From positions 32,001 through 96,000 of the forward strand of contig CAVVXH010000010.1 in assembly GCA_963752155.1 (NCBI GenBank): DNA of 64,000 bases. The letters are read 5' to 3'. The position numbers were made by a program, and so were the translations under genes. Below the pieces are notes generated by a model. It did no database searches, had not been told where the DNA came from, and worked only from the letters and a program-made list of their open reading frames with translations. Source of the DNA: an uncultured Parachlamydiaceae bacterium. Its GTDB lineage: Bacteria; Chlamydiota; Chlamydiia; Chlamydiales; Parachlamydiaceae. Every line of letters begins with the position of its first letter. Position 1 is the stretch's first letter. Of the stretch, positions 1 to 9,914 are shown piece by piece.

Positions 1-1156
1 TTTCAGTCATCCGTTTAGCGGCTCGGCCTGTCGGGGCAGCCAGGACAATTTTTGTGGAGAGCTGCTCGGTGATGGCCATGATAGCATTGGTGATTGTACT
101 TTTGCCTGTACCTGGACCCCCTGTAATAATTTGTACTTTTGCTTCTAAGGATTGTGCTACGGCATCTTTTTGGTGTGTTGCAAGCTCAATTTGGAGTTTT
201 TTTTCGACCCAATCGAGAGCTTTAGGAATGTTCACTTGACGTAAGGCACAAACGCCTTCCTTAAGGCGTTTAAGTTCTCTGGCGATGCCTATTTCAGCTG
301 CAAAAAGAAGTTTGTTCCATAGAAAGGGCATGACCTCACCGGCATGGACTAAGTCCATGATTTCAATGCGGCTTTCCTGTTCCAAACTTTTGATACAAGC
401 AGTGATATTTTCCTGAGAAGTTTCCAAAACTCCTTCAGCTATTTTAAGGAATTCTTGTTGAGGGAAACAGACATGCCCGTCGCCGGCAAGTTCTGACAAT
501 ACATGTTCAATACCGGCTTCAATGCGTAGAGGGGATTCTTTGGCAATGCCCATTTTCTGAGCAATCGTATCAGCTGTTTTGAATCCGATTCCACGGATAT
601 CCCGTGCAAGACGGTAAGGGTTGCTTTGTACTTTTTCAATACTTTTGTCGCCATAGATTTTATAAATTTTTTGGGCATAGGCGGGACTGACACCATTTGA
701 CTGAAGAAATATCATGACGTCGCGAATCGATTTTTGTTCTGTCCAGCAGAAGCAAATCTGCTCGAGTTTTTTCTTTCCGAGTCCAGGTATTTCTAAAAGT
801 TTATGGGGAGCTTTTTCGATGATTTCGAGAGTATCTACTCCAAATTTATCGACAATACGGCTGGCAAATTTAGTACCGATGCCTTTAATGAGTCCGGAGC
901 CCAAATATTTTTTAATGCCTTCAACATTGGCAGGAACTTCGCTTTTATAGCTTGAGACTTCAAATTGCATCCCATGCACTAGATGCCGTTTCCAGTTGCC
1001 TTGGCAGCGTAACGTTTCCCCTGGGGATATAGAAGGCATAATGCCGACAATGCAGGAAAGTTCTTGTTTATTGCTTTCTTTTAATTGGGCGATGGTGAAG
1101 CCGTTTTCAGGATTTTGAAATGTGATCCTTTCAACATAACCGATAATTTCTTGCAT
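1..1156 (-). CDS. recD2: RecD2-like ATP-dependent helicase (runs off left edge of window)
   Basis: Manual translation from ATG at 1156 gives MQEIIGYVERITFQNPENGFTIAQLKE; the same frame later has GIGFKTAD, ITGGPGTGKST (Walker A) and APTGRAAKRM. Not in ORF track because no stop lies in the window. Confidence 0.92.
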   Translation of the reverse strand, partial: MQEIIGYVERITFQNPENGFTIAQLKESNKQELSCIVGIMPSISPGETLRCQGNWKRHLVHGMQFEVSSYKSEVPANVEGIKKYLGSGLIKGIGTKFASRIVDKFGVDTLEIIEKAPHKLLEIPGLGKKKLEQICFCWTEQKSIRDVMIFLQSNGVSPAYAQKIYKIYGDKSIEKVQSNPYRLARDIRGIGFKTADTIAQKMGIAKESPLRIEAGIEHVLSELAGDGHVCFPQQEFLKIAEGVLETSQENITACIKSLEQESRIEIMDLVHAGEVMPFLWNKLLFAAEIGIARELKRLKEGVCALRQVNIPKALDWVEKKLQIELATHQKDAVAQSLEAKVQIITGGPGTGKSTITNAIMAITEQLSTKIVLAAPTGRAAKRMTE

Positions 1157-1273
1157 GTCGCGGTCCCTTTATGCATTTAGTGCTTTCAGTGTAACATTGA
1201 ATTAGATTGCATTGTACGACTAATTTTCGTAAAAGAAAAAAAGTGGTGGTAATCGTCGTCAAAGGGGGAAGTC

Positions 1274-1552
1274 ATGTTTAAGCCAGTAATTACATTTTTA
1301 GTTGCTCTATTTTTGTTTGGAGTACCACAAGTTTGTACAGGAGATTATGAAGATGAATTTCCTGAAATGCAAAATGAAGAACAGTTGAATGCTCAAATTG
1401 AATACCGTGAAGCCGTTGACGACGAAAATTGTCCTCGATGTAATCGTTGTGTACAAAGACGCTGGAAGAAAGATCGATTTCTTGAGAAACAGTTTCAAGA
1501 AACTGGTTGGCCTGGACGCCGAGATGAGCTTTCGGATCAACTTTCGCGGTAA
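1274..1552 (+). CDS. small exported hypothetical protein with CPRCNRC motif
   Basis: Purine-rich RBS (aagggggaag), hydrophobic signal-like N-terminus, acidic mature region. Confidence 0.6.
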   Translation: MFKPVITFLVALFLFGVPQVCTGDYEDEFPEMQNEEQLNAQIEYREAVDDENCPRCNRCVQRRWKKDRFLEKQFQETGWPGRRDELSDQLSR

Positions 1553-3966
1553 GGGAGTAAATCAAATTCGTGCACGTAATATTCAAATTCTGCCTCATCT
1601 GTTACCCATGCGGATTTTAGAATATGGATAAGAAAATTACGATCTTCAGGTTCTTGCGGCAGAACATGATCTACTGGATAAAGGATCAGAGCATCGAGTT
1701 TACGTACGACAGCAGAATGGATCTCATTCTGAAGAGCTATAATGTCTGCTGGATTCGGAATAGACTCTAATGTTACAAGCTGTATGGCTTTAGTAAGATT
1801 AGAATCGAGCTCTCTAAGAAATGTAGAATGTTTAATTTTTTCGATGTATTCTTTGATTTCTACTGTAGATGATGCATTTAGCTCATGTTGCTGAAGCTCT
1901 TTGAGGTTCCTTTCGAGATGGGATTCTATTTTTGCAGCTTTAAGGAAATTCATAAATTGCGAAAAAGGCATTGAAAAATATTCACGCTGGAGATTGTTAA
2001 TAATTTCCATGGTTTTCTTATGCAATTTTTGCGATATATTGTCATAATTGATTTGAAGTGCTGAAAGCTTTCTTGGACTATCCCATTTCTTATTGAGCTT
2101 TTCTTGTTCAATTTTATTACTTATGGGTCTTAAAGTTTTTTCATTCTCATTGTGAAGAGCAATCAATTTATAATACAAAGGGTGTTGTTTATCAATTTGT
2201 GTTTCTCCGTCTATATCTAATTTATCTGGCTGTTCTTGTTCGTTTATCGAGTTTAAAGCGACGTGATTGATTTCATTATCATCGATAAGTAAGTGAATAG
2301 TGTGAGAAAACATTTGTTGGTTAAACTGCAAGTAAGCATAAAGAAATTTATAATGAGGGAAAAATGTTGCAAGAGCCTTATTTCCACGTTGAGCCATTTG
2401 TATTCCTTCTGAAGAGTAGAGTACGATGTCAGGAAATCGAGTAAATTGGCTGATCTCTTCAATCAAGGGGATGAGATCGTGACCATTTTCATCATTGTCA
2501 TAAATCGCAGTCGCTTTTTTAATTAAGGATTCCCCCAGAGGGTAATATCTAATACTATTATAAATCAGGTTTTCGGCTCCGGGGCGGAAAAGAGCAAGCG
2601 CTTTGGGTAGGTCAAAACCTGCATGCGGACGATAATTCTTTAAGGTAGACAAGGAAACAAGCTTGCCGAGTTTGACTAGGTTGGTAATTTCTGCGCTGTT
2701 ACTCGTATCGAGTTTTGCGTTGACGAGTAGGCGATTAAGAGTTTTTAAATCCGTGATTTTACGCAGTTCCATAAAACTCGAATCGACCGTAATCGCGGCT
2801 TTTGGTATTAACCATTGGAGGATATTAGGGCTAGGCTGAGCGATGATTAAGAAATGATTTAAGTCATCTCCGGTATAAATGCGCAAAATATAAGAAGTGC
2901 TTTTAAAATGTCCATGAGCGTCAATGTTGATCAGGGGCTGGTAGGAAGGAGCTAACACTGCAGCTAAAGTTTGCTTGAGAAATTCAGGATCTGACCAATT
3001 ATGGTTTTGTGGCTGTGCATGGTTGATGAAGGCAGAATTTAACGCCATAGCAACGTCAGCAATGGCCTGAGCAGCTTTAATTTCTTCTTCTTCATTCTTA
3101 CCGGTAATAGCCAAATAAAGGGAGCCTGAAATAATTCCAATAAGCAGAAGGAAGATTCCAATAAACGAGAAAAACATCTTCCAGTTCAAAAAGAATGGCT
3201 TATCTTTCTGATCGAAGGATTCCTTTTTAAGGATATTTTCTTCAATCGTGTCATTTGAGGATTTTATTTCCGACGTGGGTAATGGTGGAGAAAGGGTTTC
3301 TTTCACTTCTTCGTTTACGTGAGGCGATGGCGTTGGTTCTATATCATGTAATTCAATCCGGGTTATATTTGGAGAATGCAGATCAAGAGCATCAAGCTTC
3401 GAAAAAAGAGCTTCAAGTTCTTGATCGGATATAGGAGATTCTTTTGTCGAAGAAATGAGTTCATTATCGGCTTGCAGAGACTTCTGTTTGACATTCGATT
3501 TTTCTAAAAGTTCTTCTAATTCCAGCATGGTCGCATCAATATCCAACGATGTCGTTAATTCCGGAGAACTCGGAGGAGAGATGTTTTCTATTTTTTGAGT
3601 GAGTATGTCAATGAGATATTCATCTAAACATTCGTTTTTGTTTGGCTGAATCTCATCGTCAGAGACTTGTGAAATGAATTCTCCAAATAAGATCTCAGTA
3701 CTACCAATTTGTAAAAGATCACCTGTTTTCAGTCTTTTTTTATTAAAGGGAAAGTCATTAATAGTGATAAAGGGATCTTCGGCGAGGTTGCTTGCAATAT
3801 AATTCTCTTGAACTAATTCAATTTTTACATAGACAGAATGTTCTCCAGAATGAGAAACAATGAAATCCGGCACAAAATCATCGATAATTTCTCCAATAAG
3901 GATACACTCTTTCTCAAAGATGTATGTAATAGGTTGCGTCTGTGGAGTCATAGTGAGCTTGATCAT
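1537..3966 (-). CDS. large membrane-anchored protein with degenerate N-terminal FHA-like domain
   Basis: ~810 aa ORF; N-terminal ...FITINDFPFNKKRLKTGDLLQIG resembles FHA C-terminal strands; one TM helix near aa 265-290. Confidence 0.6.
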   Translation of the reverse strand: MIKLTMTPQTQPITYIFEKECILIGEIIDDFVPDFIVSHSGEHSVYVKIELVQENYIASNLAEDPFITINDFPFNKKRLKTGDLLQIGSTEILFGEFISQVSDDEIQPNKNECLDEYLIDILTQKIENISPPSSPELTTSLDIDATMLELEELLEKSNVKQKSLQADNELISSTKESPISDQELEALFSKLDALDLHSPNITRIELHDIEPTPSPHVNEEVKETLSPPLPTSEIKSSNDTIEENILKKESFDQKDKPFFLNWKMFFSFIGIFLLLIGIISGSLYLAITGKNEEEEIKAAQAIADVAMALNSAFINHAQPQNHNWSDPEFLKQTLAAVLAPSYQPLINIDAHGHFKSTSYILRIYTGDDLNHFLIIAQPSPNILQWLIPKAAITVDSSFMELRKITDLKTLNRLLVNAKLDTSNSAEITNLVKLGKLVSLSTLKNYRPHAGFDLPKALALFRPGAENLIYNSIRYYPLGESLIKKATAIYDNDENGHDLIPLIEEISQFTRFPDIVLYSSEGIQMAQRGNKALATFFPHYKFLYAYLQFNQQMFSHTIHLLIDDNEINHVALNSINEQEQPDKLDIDGETQIDKQHPLYYKLIALHNENEKTLRPISNKIEQEKLNKKWDSPRKLSALQINYDNISQKLHKKTMEIINNLQREYFSMPFSQFMNFLKAAKIESHLERNLKELQQHELNASSTVEIKEYIEKIKHSTFLRELDSNLTKAIQLVTLESIPNPADIIALQNEIHSAVVRKLDALILYPVDHVLPQEPEDRNFLIHILKSAWVTDEAEFEYYVHEFDLLPYRES

Positions 3967-4070
3967 CGACATCCAAATTTAAAATATGGAAAAGGTTTGA
4001 GTAAAAATGTGAATGTTGACAAATGACCTAACATAGATTTCCACTATAAATTGCCAGTTTTTAGTTTTGT

Positions 4071-4901
4071 TTAACAGATAGTTGGTTTGCAGTCAATTGA
4101 CATATAGGGATCGTGCAAGTTATTATTGCCCAGTCCCTTAGGGTCTCTTAAGAATTTTGAAAAATTTTCTGCTAATTTATTCTTAAGGGATTTTTTGATC
4201 GATTTTTGATCCTCTGGAGTTGCACCTATTTCTAAAAGATGAAATGTGTGTTTCTTCATTGCTAAGGAAATTGCCGCATTGTCCAGAATTTCATTTAGAA
4301 AATTTTCTGGTGGAAGTGTTAAGGCAATCGAAGCCTGATGTAAAAATCCTTGCTTTGTTCGGCGCTGGGCCCCTCCTGCAAGTTTGAGATCGCCACAGAT
4401 GACATCGTATACTGTGGGAAGAGCCATGCAAAAATTGCGAAGTTGCTTGTCGATTAGACGATTATTGGAGCATCTTTTGGTACACTCTTGTTGGGATTGT
4501 AATTCTAGGGGATTAAGGAGGCTCTTTAAAAAAGGTTGAAGAGTATTGGCAATCATCGTGTTGACTAAGTGATAATTTACTAGAGTGTTTAAAGAAAAAC
4601 TAGGGTGTGAAGAAGGGAGTAGAAACGAAAAAGCAAAGTCATACTGATGAAAAATAATTCCACCTCCGGTAGGTCTGCGTGCCAAATGGAGTTGATGTTT
4701 GTCGATGGCGGCAGGGTTCAATAGCGTTAGTGGGGAGTTGAAGTAGCCGTAAGTGGCACTGGGCTCTTGCCAATCATAAAAATGCAAGATAGGGGTGGAA
4801 CAGCTTGGATTTAAAGACAAAAGCAATTGCTTGTCATATTCCATATTTTCTTCGGCCGATTTTTTTCCGCTATCGATGATGGTTAATTCAGGGAGGTTCA
4901 T
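4071..4901 (-). CDS. lplA: lipoate-protein ligase A family
   Basis: RRPTGGGIIFH, KLAGGAQRR and LHQAS motifs. Confidence 0.85.
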   Translation of the reverse strand: MNLPELTIIDSGKKSAEENMEYDKQLLLSLNPSCSTPILHFYDWQEPSATYGYFNSPLTLLNPAAIDKHQLHLARRPTGGGIIFHQYDFAFSFLLPSSHPSFSLNTLVNYHLVNTMIANTLQPFLKSLLNPLELQSQQECTKRCSNNRLIDKQLRNFCMALPTVYDVICGDLKLAGGAQRRTKQGFLHQASIALTLPPENFLNEILDNAAISLAMKKHTFHLLEIGATPEDQKSIKKSLKNKLAENFSKFLRDPKGLGNNNLHDPYMSIDCKPTIC

Positions 4902-5737
4902 TATTTATTGATATTCCGATTTTTTGTGTTTTTACGAATCATTTTCAAGAGCTCTTGATAGGGGTATTCAGGAGTAAATTTTCGTGCAAAGAGGGCTCCG
5001 CTATCATAAGCTTCATCGATGAGAACGTTGTTAAATGTGCTTGCTTCGGTAAAAGGGTAGGGGCTTGCTCCACCGTTGGGCGAGTGCTCCCAATTCATGT
5101 AGGTATAGGATTGGTTGTAGGTTTCGTCGATAAGGCAACCATGCATGGCAAAAAGTGTTGCAAAGTAGGATTCTTGGTCATTTTCAAAGGCGGAAATGAC
5201 GTTAATAAGTGCTTGGTCTGCAGCGACTAGCTCAGCATGCTTTCGATTGAGAACGATCCATTCCCAATTCCCATAGCGGTATTTCGGATTAACTATGCGA
5301 ACTTCCCTAGGGTTATCCTTAGGCCACCAGGGTCTTCTATAGAACATATGAGTGAACTCATCAGAAAGGATTTTTTTGTAGATGGTTCTTAGGGAATATA
5401 AAGGAATGCAAGATTCTGACAGTAAAGCAAATCGAACATTTTCTGGATTTTTAACAGCTTCTTGGAGCAACACCTGCCAGGCTTTAGCATGGATAGACCA
5501 ACTTGTTTTGACAACTTTAGGAATGCGGTATTTTTGGAAATAGGGATCTTCAATAGGTACTTTAGAATGAATGTAGACGTTGTACTTATTTGGTGCTTGT
5601 TCTAGCAGTATTTTCCATAACTCTGGGTGATTGACGTTTGATTGAGTGAGGAAAAGGAGGGCTATTTTTTCTTGAGCGAATGCTAGATGAGTGAACATGA
5701 ATAGAGAAAGTAAAGAGAGTAAGAACGTTGGATTCAT
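4901..5737 (-). CDS. Core-2/I-branching (GT14-like, DUF266-type) glycosyltransferase
   Basis: KIALLFLT, YNVYIHSK, NVRFALLSESCIPLY and LFARKF motifs; signal/TM at N-terminus; RBS aaagga before ATG 5737. Confidence 0.8.
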   Translation of the reverse strand: MNPTFLLSLLSLFMFTHLAFAQEKIALLFLTQSNVNHPELWKILLEQAPNKYNVYIHSKVPIEDPYFQKYRIPKVVKTSWSIHAKAWQVLLQEAVKNPENVRFALLSESCIPLYSLRTIYKKILSDEFTHMFYRRPWWPKDNPREVRIVNPKYRYGNWEWIVLNRKHAELVAADQALINVISAFENDQESYFATLFAMHGCLIDETYNQSYTYMNWEHSPNGGASPYPFTEASTFNNVLIDEAYDSGALFARKFTPEYPYQELLKMIRKNTKNRNINK

Positions 5738-5811
5738 TGTGAAGTCCTTTATTGTGTATTTGTGTAACACAGCATCTCATTTATATCTTATAGGAGTCAA
5801 AGGGAATTTTA

Positions 5812-5896
5812 AGCAAGGACAGCAAGGACAGCAAGCTTAGCGAATATGGTGTCGTTTTATTGTTAGCTACTCTTTGTCGTCCTTGCCATCCTTGCT
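5812..5896. repeat. inverted pair of 9-bp tandem repeats (GCAAGGACA type)
   Basis: agcaaggacagcaaggacagcaag ... ctttgtcgtccttgccatccttgct. Confidence 0.7.
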
Positions 5897-5910
5897 ATAA
5901 AAAAAGAAGC

Positions 5911-5940
5911 TTGCACAAAAATACCATAATCCTGTAGATT
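5911..5940 (+). promoter_or_regulatory. putative sigma70-type promoter for tRNA-Arg/MBL/ahpC
   Basis: TTGCAC-18 nt-TAGATT, 16 nt upstream of the tRNA. Confidence 0.4.
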
Positions 5941-5956
5941 GAAAACTTGACTGCCT

Positions 5957-6031
5957 GCACCGGTAGCTCAATTGGATAGAGCACCCGGCTACGAACCGGG
6001 AGGTTTAGAGGTTCGAACCCTCTCCGGTGCA
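5957..6031 (+). tRNA. tRNA-Arg (ACG), CCA not encoded
   Basis: Acceptor stem gcaccgg/ccggtgc, D-arm gctc..gagc, anticodon arm cccgg-ctACGaa-ccggg, T loop gttcgaa. Confidence 0.97.
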
Positions 6032-6667
6032 ATGATTATTCAACCATTCCCTTCAGGGCCACTTGCCACAAATGCTTATGTTATTGCTTGCGTTGCAAGC
6101 GGTAAAGCTGCAATCATTGACCCTTCGTTGGCAAGTTTAGAAAAGATTAATTCTTTTCTTGAAAAAAATAAATACGTCCCAGAAAAAATTCTGTTAACTC
6201 ATTCTCACTGGGATCATATTGCCGACGTTGCCAAATGTAAACGTGAATTTGCTATTCCGGTTTGGATTCATGAACTTGATGCGCCTAACTTAGTAAATCC
6301 AGGATCAGATGGTTTGCTGAATCGATTGACAATAGAAGGGGTGATTCCGGATCACTATCTCAAAGATAAAGAGACTTTTTTTGTTGGAGAGACTGAATTT
6401 GCAGTCATTCACACGCCGGGTCATTCTCCTGGAGGAGTATGCTTTTATTCAGATCAAACTAAAATCTTGATGTCTGGGGATACATTATTTCGAGGATCCT
6501 TCGGAATATTGTCATTACCGACAGCTCAGCCAGATTTAATGTGGATATCATTAGCTAGACTTTGGCAATTACCCCCAGACACAATTGTTTATCCTGGCCA
6601 TGGTCCCAGTACAACAATTGGTAGGGAAGATTGGCTTCCTCAAGCACAAAAATTTTTTAAGATGTAG
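6032..6667 (+). CDS. MBL-fold metallo-hydrolase (glyoxalase II/YcbL-like)
   Basis: THSHWDH, HTPGHSPG, SGDTLF and PGHG motifs; the ORF-track start inside the tRNA is spurious, true ATG is probably 6032. Confidence 0.9.
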   Translation: MIIQPFPSGPLATNAYVIACVASGKAAIIDPSLASLEKINSFLEKNKYVPEKILLTHSHWDHIADVAKCKREFAIPVWIHELDAPNLVNPGSDGLLNRLTIEGVIPDHYLKDKETFFVGETEFAVIHTPGHSPGGVCFYSDQTKILMSGDTLFRGSFGILSLPTAQPDLMWISLARLWQLPPDTIVYPGHGPSTTIGREDWLPQAQKFFKM

Positions 6668-6680
6668 AGAGGTTTGTATT

Positions 6681-7289
6681 ATGAATCAATTAATTGGAAA
6701 TAAAGCTCCAAGTTTTCGAGCAAAAGCTGTCGTTTCCGGAGAAATCATTAATGATTTTTCTTTAGACTCCTTTCACGGAAAATATGTCGTTTTTTTCTTT
6801 TATCCGCTTGACTTTACATTTGTTTGCCCTACTGAATTGCATGCATTTCAGGATCAACTTCAGGAATTTGAAAAGCGAAATACAGAAGTGATCGGCTGTT
6901 CCGTTGACAGTTGCTATACTCATTTGGCGTGGTTGCGGACGCCAAAGGAAAAAGGGGGGATTGAAGGAGTTGATTTTCCTCTAGTTTCAGATCTTCAGAA
7001 GACAATTTCTCAAGCTTACGGCGTATTTATGGCTAAAGAGGGAATTTCATTAAGAGGCCTTTTTATTTTAGATCGGGAAGGCGTGATACGCCACCAAACA
7101 GTGAATGATTTGCCTATTGGACGTTCCGTAGATGAAGTGCTTAGAACATTGGATGCGTTAATCAGTGTCGATACCCATGGAGAGGTTTGTCCTGCCAATT
7201 GGCGAGTGGGAATGCGTTCGATGAAACCGACCAAAGAAGGAATTGAAAAGTATTACTTAGGCGCTACTCCTTCTAGGGCTCCAGAGTAA
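6681..7289 (+). CDS. ahpC: 2-Cys peroxiredoxin
   Basis: FFYPLDFTFVCPTE and GEVCPANW; RBS gagagg before ATG 6681. Confidence 0.95.
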   Translation: MNQLIGNKAPSFRAKAVVSGEIINDFSLDSFHGKYVVFFFYPLDFTFVCPTELHAFQDQLQEFEKRNTEVIGCSVDSCYTHLAWLRTPKEKGGIEGVDFPLVSDLQKTISQAYGVFMAKEGISLRGLFILDREGVIRHQTVNDLPIGRSVDEVLRTLDALISVDTHGEVCPANWRVGMRSMKPTKEGIEKYYLGATPSRAPE

Positions 7290-7671
7290 GATAATCATAA
7301 AGGTCAGCTTCTGTAGTAATAAAAATGGTATGATAGAGAGCGCAAATGGAAGTTGTCGCCTTTATTATTTCACTGTTGCCTACTCCAGGCATGCAAATAG
7401 CTAAGAAATTAGAAATTGTGCGCTGAGTACGCAACAGGTCTATTCCGTAGTGATAATCCTGTAGGCTGAAACCTTCTTCTCTGACACGAAAAAAAAGCAG
7501 TTGACGATGGTAAAGAAGGGCTTGTACAGCAAAGTGCAAGCCTTTGCTGTTTGTGGGAGCATTGCCAAAATAATCGACAAGTTGTTGAAGATTATTACAA
7601 AGATAAGCTGAATCATAACTCCCTTTTTCAGCTTCCCCAAAAAGAGCGATGACATGTGGTATTGTTTCCAT
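7273..7671 (-). CDS. hypothetical protein
   Basis: 132 aa ORF with RBS gaggtg and protein-like composition. Confidence 0.7.
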   Translation of the reverse strand: METIPHVIALFGEAEKGSYDSAYLCNNLQQLVDYFGNAPTNSKGLHFAVQALLYHRQLLFFRVREEGFSLQDYHYGIDLLRTQRTISNFLAICMPGVGNSEIIKATTSICALYHTIFITTEADLYDYLTLEP

Positions 7672-7912
7672 TATTCACCTCTGCAGAGTATTAGTTTTAT
7701 ATCCTTAATTTTATTTTACCAAATTTAAATAATTCTAACAATACACCAATTAAGAACGGTGAGAACAACACCGAGACTGGTACACCATCTCCAAAATTAG
7801 TCTTTTTTGCCCCTTGCGTTTTCATTCATAATTTGATATAAAAAAATTTTCTGAACATGATAGAAAATTAATAAGCTATCGTATTTATAATTTTGATTAG
7901 GGGACTTATGCC

Positions 7913-9676
7913 ATGCTTTCTTGGAAAAATAACGATGACCCTATATGGGTCTATCCAAAATCTGATTCAGCCTTAAAAGAAAGCATCATTAAAGAATTCA
8001 AGCTTCATCCTATCATTGCCCAAATTCTTGTTAATAGAGGTTTTACCTCATTGAAAGATATCCATGACTTTTTATATGCAAAGCTTCCGGACCTTCACGA
8101 TCCCTTTTTAATGGCTGAAATGCCACAAGCAGTGGAAAGAGTTTGCAGGGCTTTGCGAGAAGGGGAAAACATCTTAATTTACGGGGATAATGATGTCGAT
8201 GGTATGACAGGAACGGCATTACTTACGGAATTTTTGCAATACATCGGATGCAACGTCTATTTTTATGTCTCGACACGTACAGCATTACGTCAGCGCTTGA
8301 TTATTGAAGCTCTAGAATATGCTGTCATGAATAAGTGTTCATTATTGATTACTGTAGATTGTGGAATTACTGCAGCAGAGGAGATCGCTCAGGTAGTTAG
8401 GCAAGGAGTAGACGTCATTGTCACGGACCACCATGAACCGACGGATACGATCCCTCATTGTGTGGCAACGTTGAACCCCAAATTGTTGAATAATTCTTAT
8501 CCAAATCGTGATCTTACGGGTGTAGGAGTCGCCTTTAAATTTGCACATGGGATCATTAATCAGTTAGTCGCTGAAAATAAAATTTCTCCTAAAAAAGTGG
8601 ACTTAAAACGCTATCTAGATCTTGTTGCCTTAGGAACCATTTCCGATATGGGCGCCTTAGTAGGTGAAAATCGCATTTTGGTACGGTATGGATTGCGTCA
8701 GCTACGCAAAACAAAGCGAAATGGCCTTCTTAAATTGATGTCGATCTCTGATGTCGATTTAAATGAGCTTTCAGCCTTTGACATTGCCTCAAAGATAGCT
8801 CCTCGGCTTAATAGTTTGGGACGTATTGACGACCCTCAAAAGGGCGTTAAAATGCTTCTTGTTCGAAATGTTCTCATGGCAGAAAAAATGGCAATCGAGC
8901 TAGATCTTAATAATATTGAAAGACAAAAAATTGAGAGATCGATGAGCAATGAAGCTGAAAGTATGATTGCGATGAATCCAGATTTACTCAAACATAAAGC
9001 AATCATCCTTTCTTCTGAAAAGTGGCATCCAGGGATTATTGCTATTCTTTCAGCCAGAATTTCTCGTCATTATAACAAGCCCGTCATCATCATTGCCATC
9101 GATAATGGCGTTGGAAAGGGTTCTTTGCGTTCTATTCCAGAATTTCCTTTGCTGTCTCATTTAAAGGACTGCTCTGACATATTGCTCAATTTTGGAGGGC
9201 ATGATTTTGCCGCAGGGTTAACTCTTAAAGAGTCAAATATTGAAGAATTCAAACAACGGTTCATTGATGCAGCGGACAAAATTTTGACTGAAAATGATGT
9301 CATGACAAAGTTAGTGTTGGATTCAGAGGTGCATTTTGATGATTTAACATTTGATTTTATGGAGTCGATGCGGTTGTTGGAGCCCTATGGCAATGGGAAT
9401 TATCCACCGGTTTTATATTGCAATGCCAAGCAAGCGTGGCCTCCGAAAGTTGTTGGCAAAATGCATTTGAAATTCTATTTATTGGAATATTTTGATGCTG
9501 AGATGCGTACAGGGGAACGGATGCTTGAAGGAATAGCGTTTGGCCGAGCCTCAGATAGTTCAAGTTTAAGAAAGCGTAATCTTTTACTGGAAGTTGCTTT
9601 CACACCTCAAGTAAACAATTACCAAGGGCCTAGTATTCAATTGATGTTCAGGGGGTTTCGTGCGCGACCAGATTAA
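7913..9676 (+). CDS. recJ: ssDNA-specific exonuclease RecJ
   Basis: YGDNDVDG, ITVDCG, TDHH, DLVALGTISD and GGHDFAAG motifs. Confidence 0.96.
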   Translation: MLSWKNNDDPIWVYPKSDSALKESIIKEFKLHPIIAQILVNRGFTSLKDIHDFLYAKLPDLHDPFLMAEMPQAVERVCRALREGENILIYGDNDVDGMTGTALLTEFLQYIGCNVYFYVSTRTALRQRLIIEALEYAVMNKCSLLITVDCGITAAEEIAQVVRQGVDVIVTDHHEPTDTIPHCVATLNPKLLNNSYPNRDLTGVGVAFKFAHGIINQLVAENKISPKKVDLKRYLDLVALGTISDMGALVGENRILVRYGLRQLRKTKRNGLLKLMSISDVDLNELSAFDIASKIAPRLNSLGRIDDPQKGVKMLLVRNVLMAEKMAIELDLNNIERQKIERSMSNEAESMIAMNPDLLKHKAIILSSEKWHPGIIAILSARISRHYNKPVIIIAIDNGVGKGSLRSIPEFPLLSHLKDCSDILLNFGGHDFAAGLTLKESNIEEFKQRFIDAADKILTENDVMTKLVLDSEVHFDDLTFDFMESMRLLEPYGNGNYPPVLYCNAKQAWPPKVVGKMHLKFYLLEYFDAEMRTGERMLEGIAFGRASDSSSLRKRNLLLEVAFTPQVNNYQGPSIQLMFRGFRARPD

Positions 9677-9686
9677 GGAGTTAGGA

Positions 9687-9864
9687 GAGAAAGATGCTGC
9701 GATATTAAGATATAAAGTATAGGAAAAAATTAAACGCAAAGGCACAAAGAGCACAAAGAGATCTTACGCGAAGAATCTTCAGTTTAAAGAAAAAATAGGT
9801 AATTTTTATACTTTATATGTAAGATCTCTTTGTGCCTTCGTTTCTTTGCGTTTAATTTTTCTTA
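9687..9864. repeat. palindromic repeat element A, copy 1
   Basis: taggaaaaaattaaacgcaaag-gcacaaagagcacaaagagatct ... agatctctttgtgccttcgtttctttgcgtttaattttt; homologs at 16601-16765, 21710-21985 and 55590-55615. Confidence 0.8.
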
Positions 9865-9914
9865 GCATTCCGCATCAGTCGATTTTGTAATTTAGGAGTT
9901 GAAATTTCCAGTTT

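Noticed and set aside
439..950. Short ORFs 439-696 and 714-950
   Set aside because: They are off-frame or antisense shadows of recD2.
5972..6031. N-terminal extension MDRAPGYEPGG... of the MBL hydrolase
   Set aside because: It is simply the tRNA-Arg sequence read in frame.
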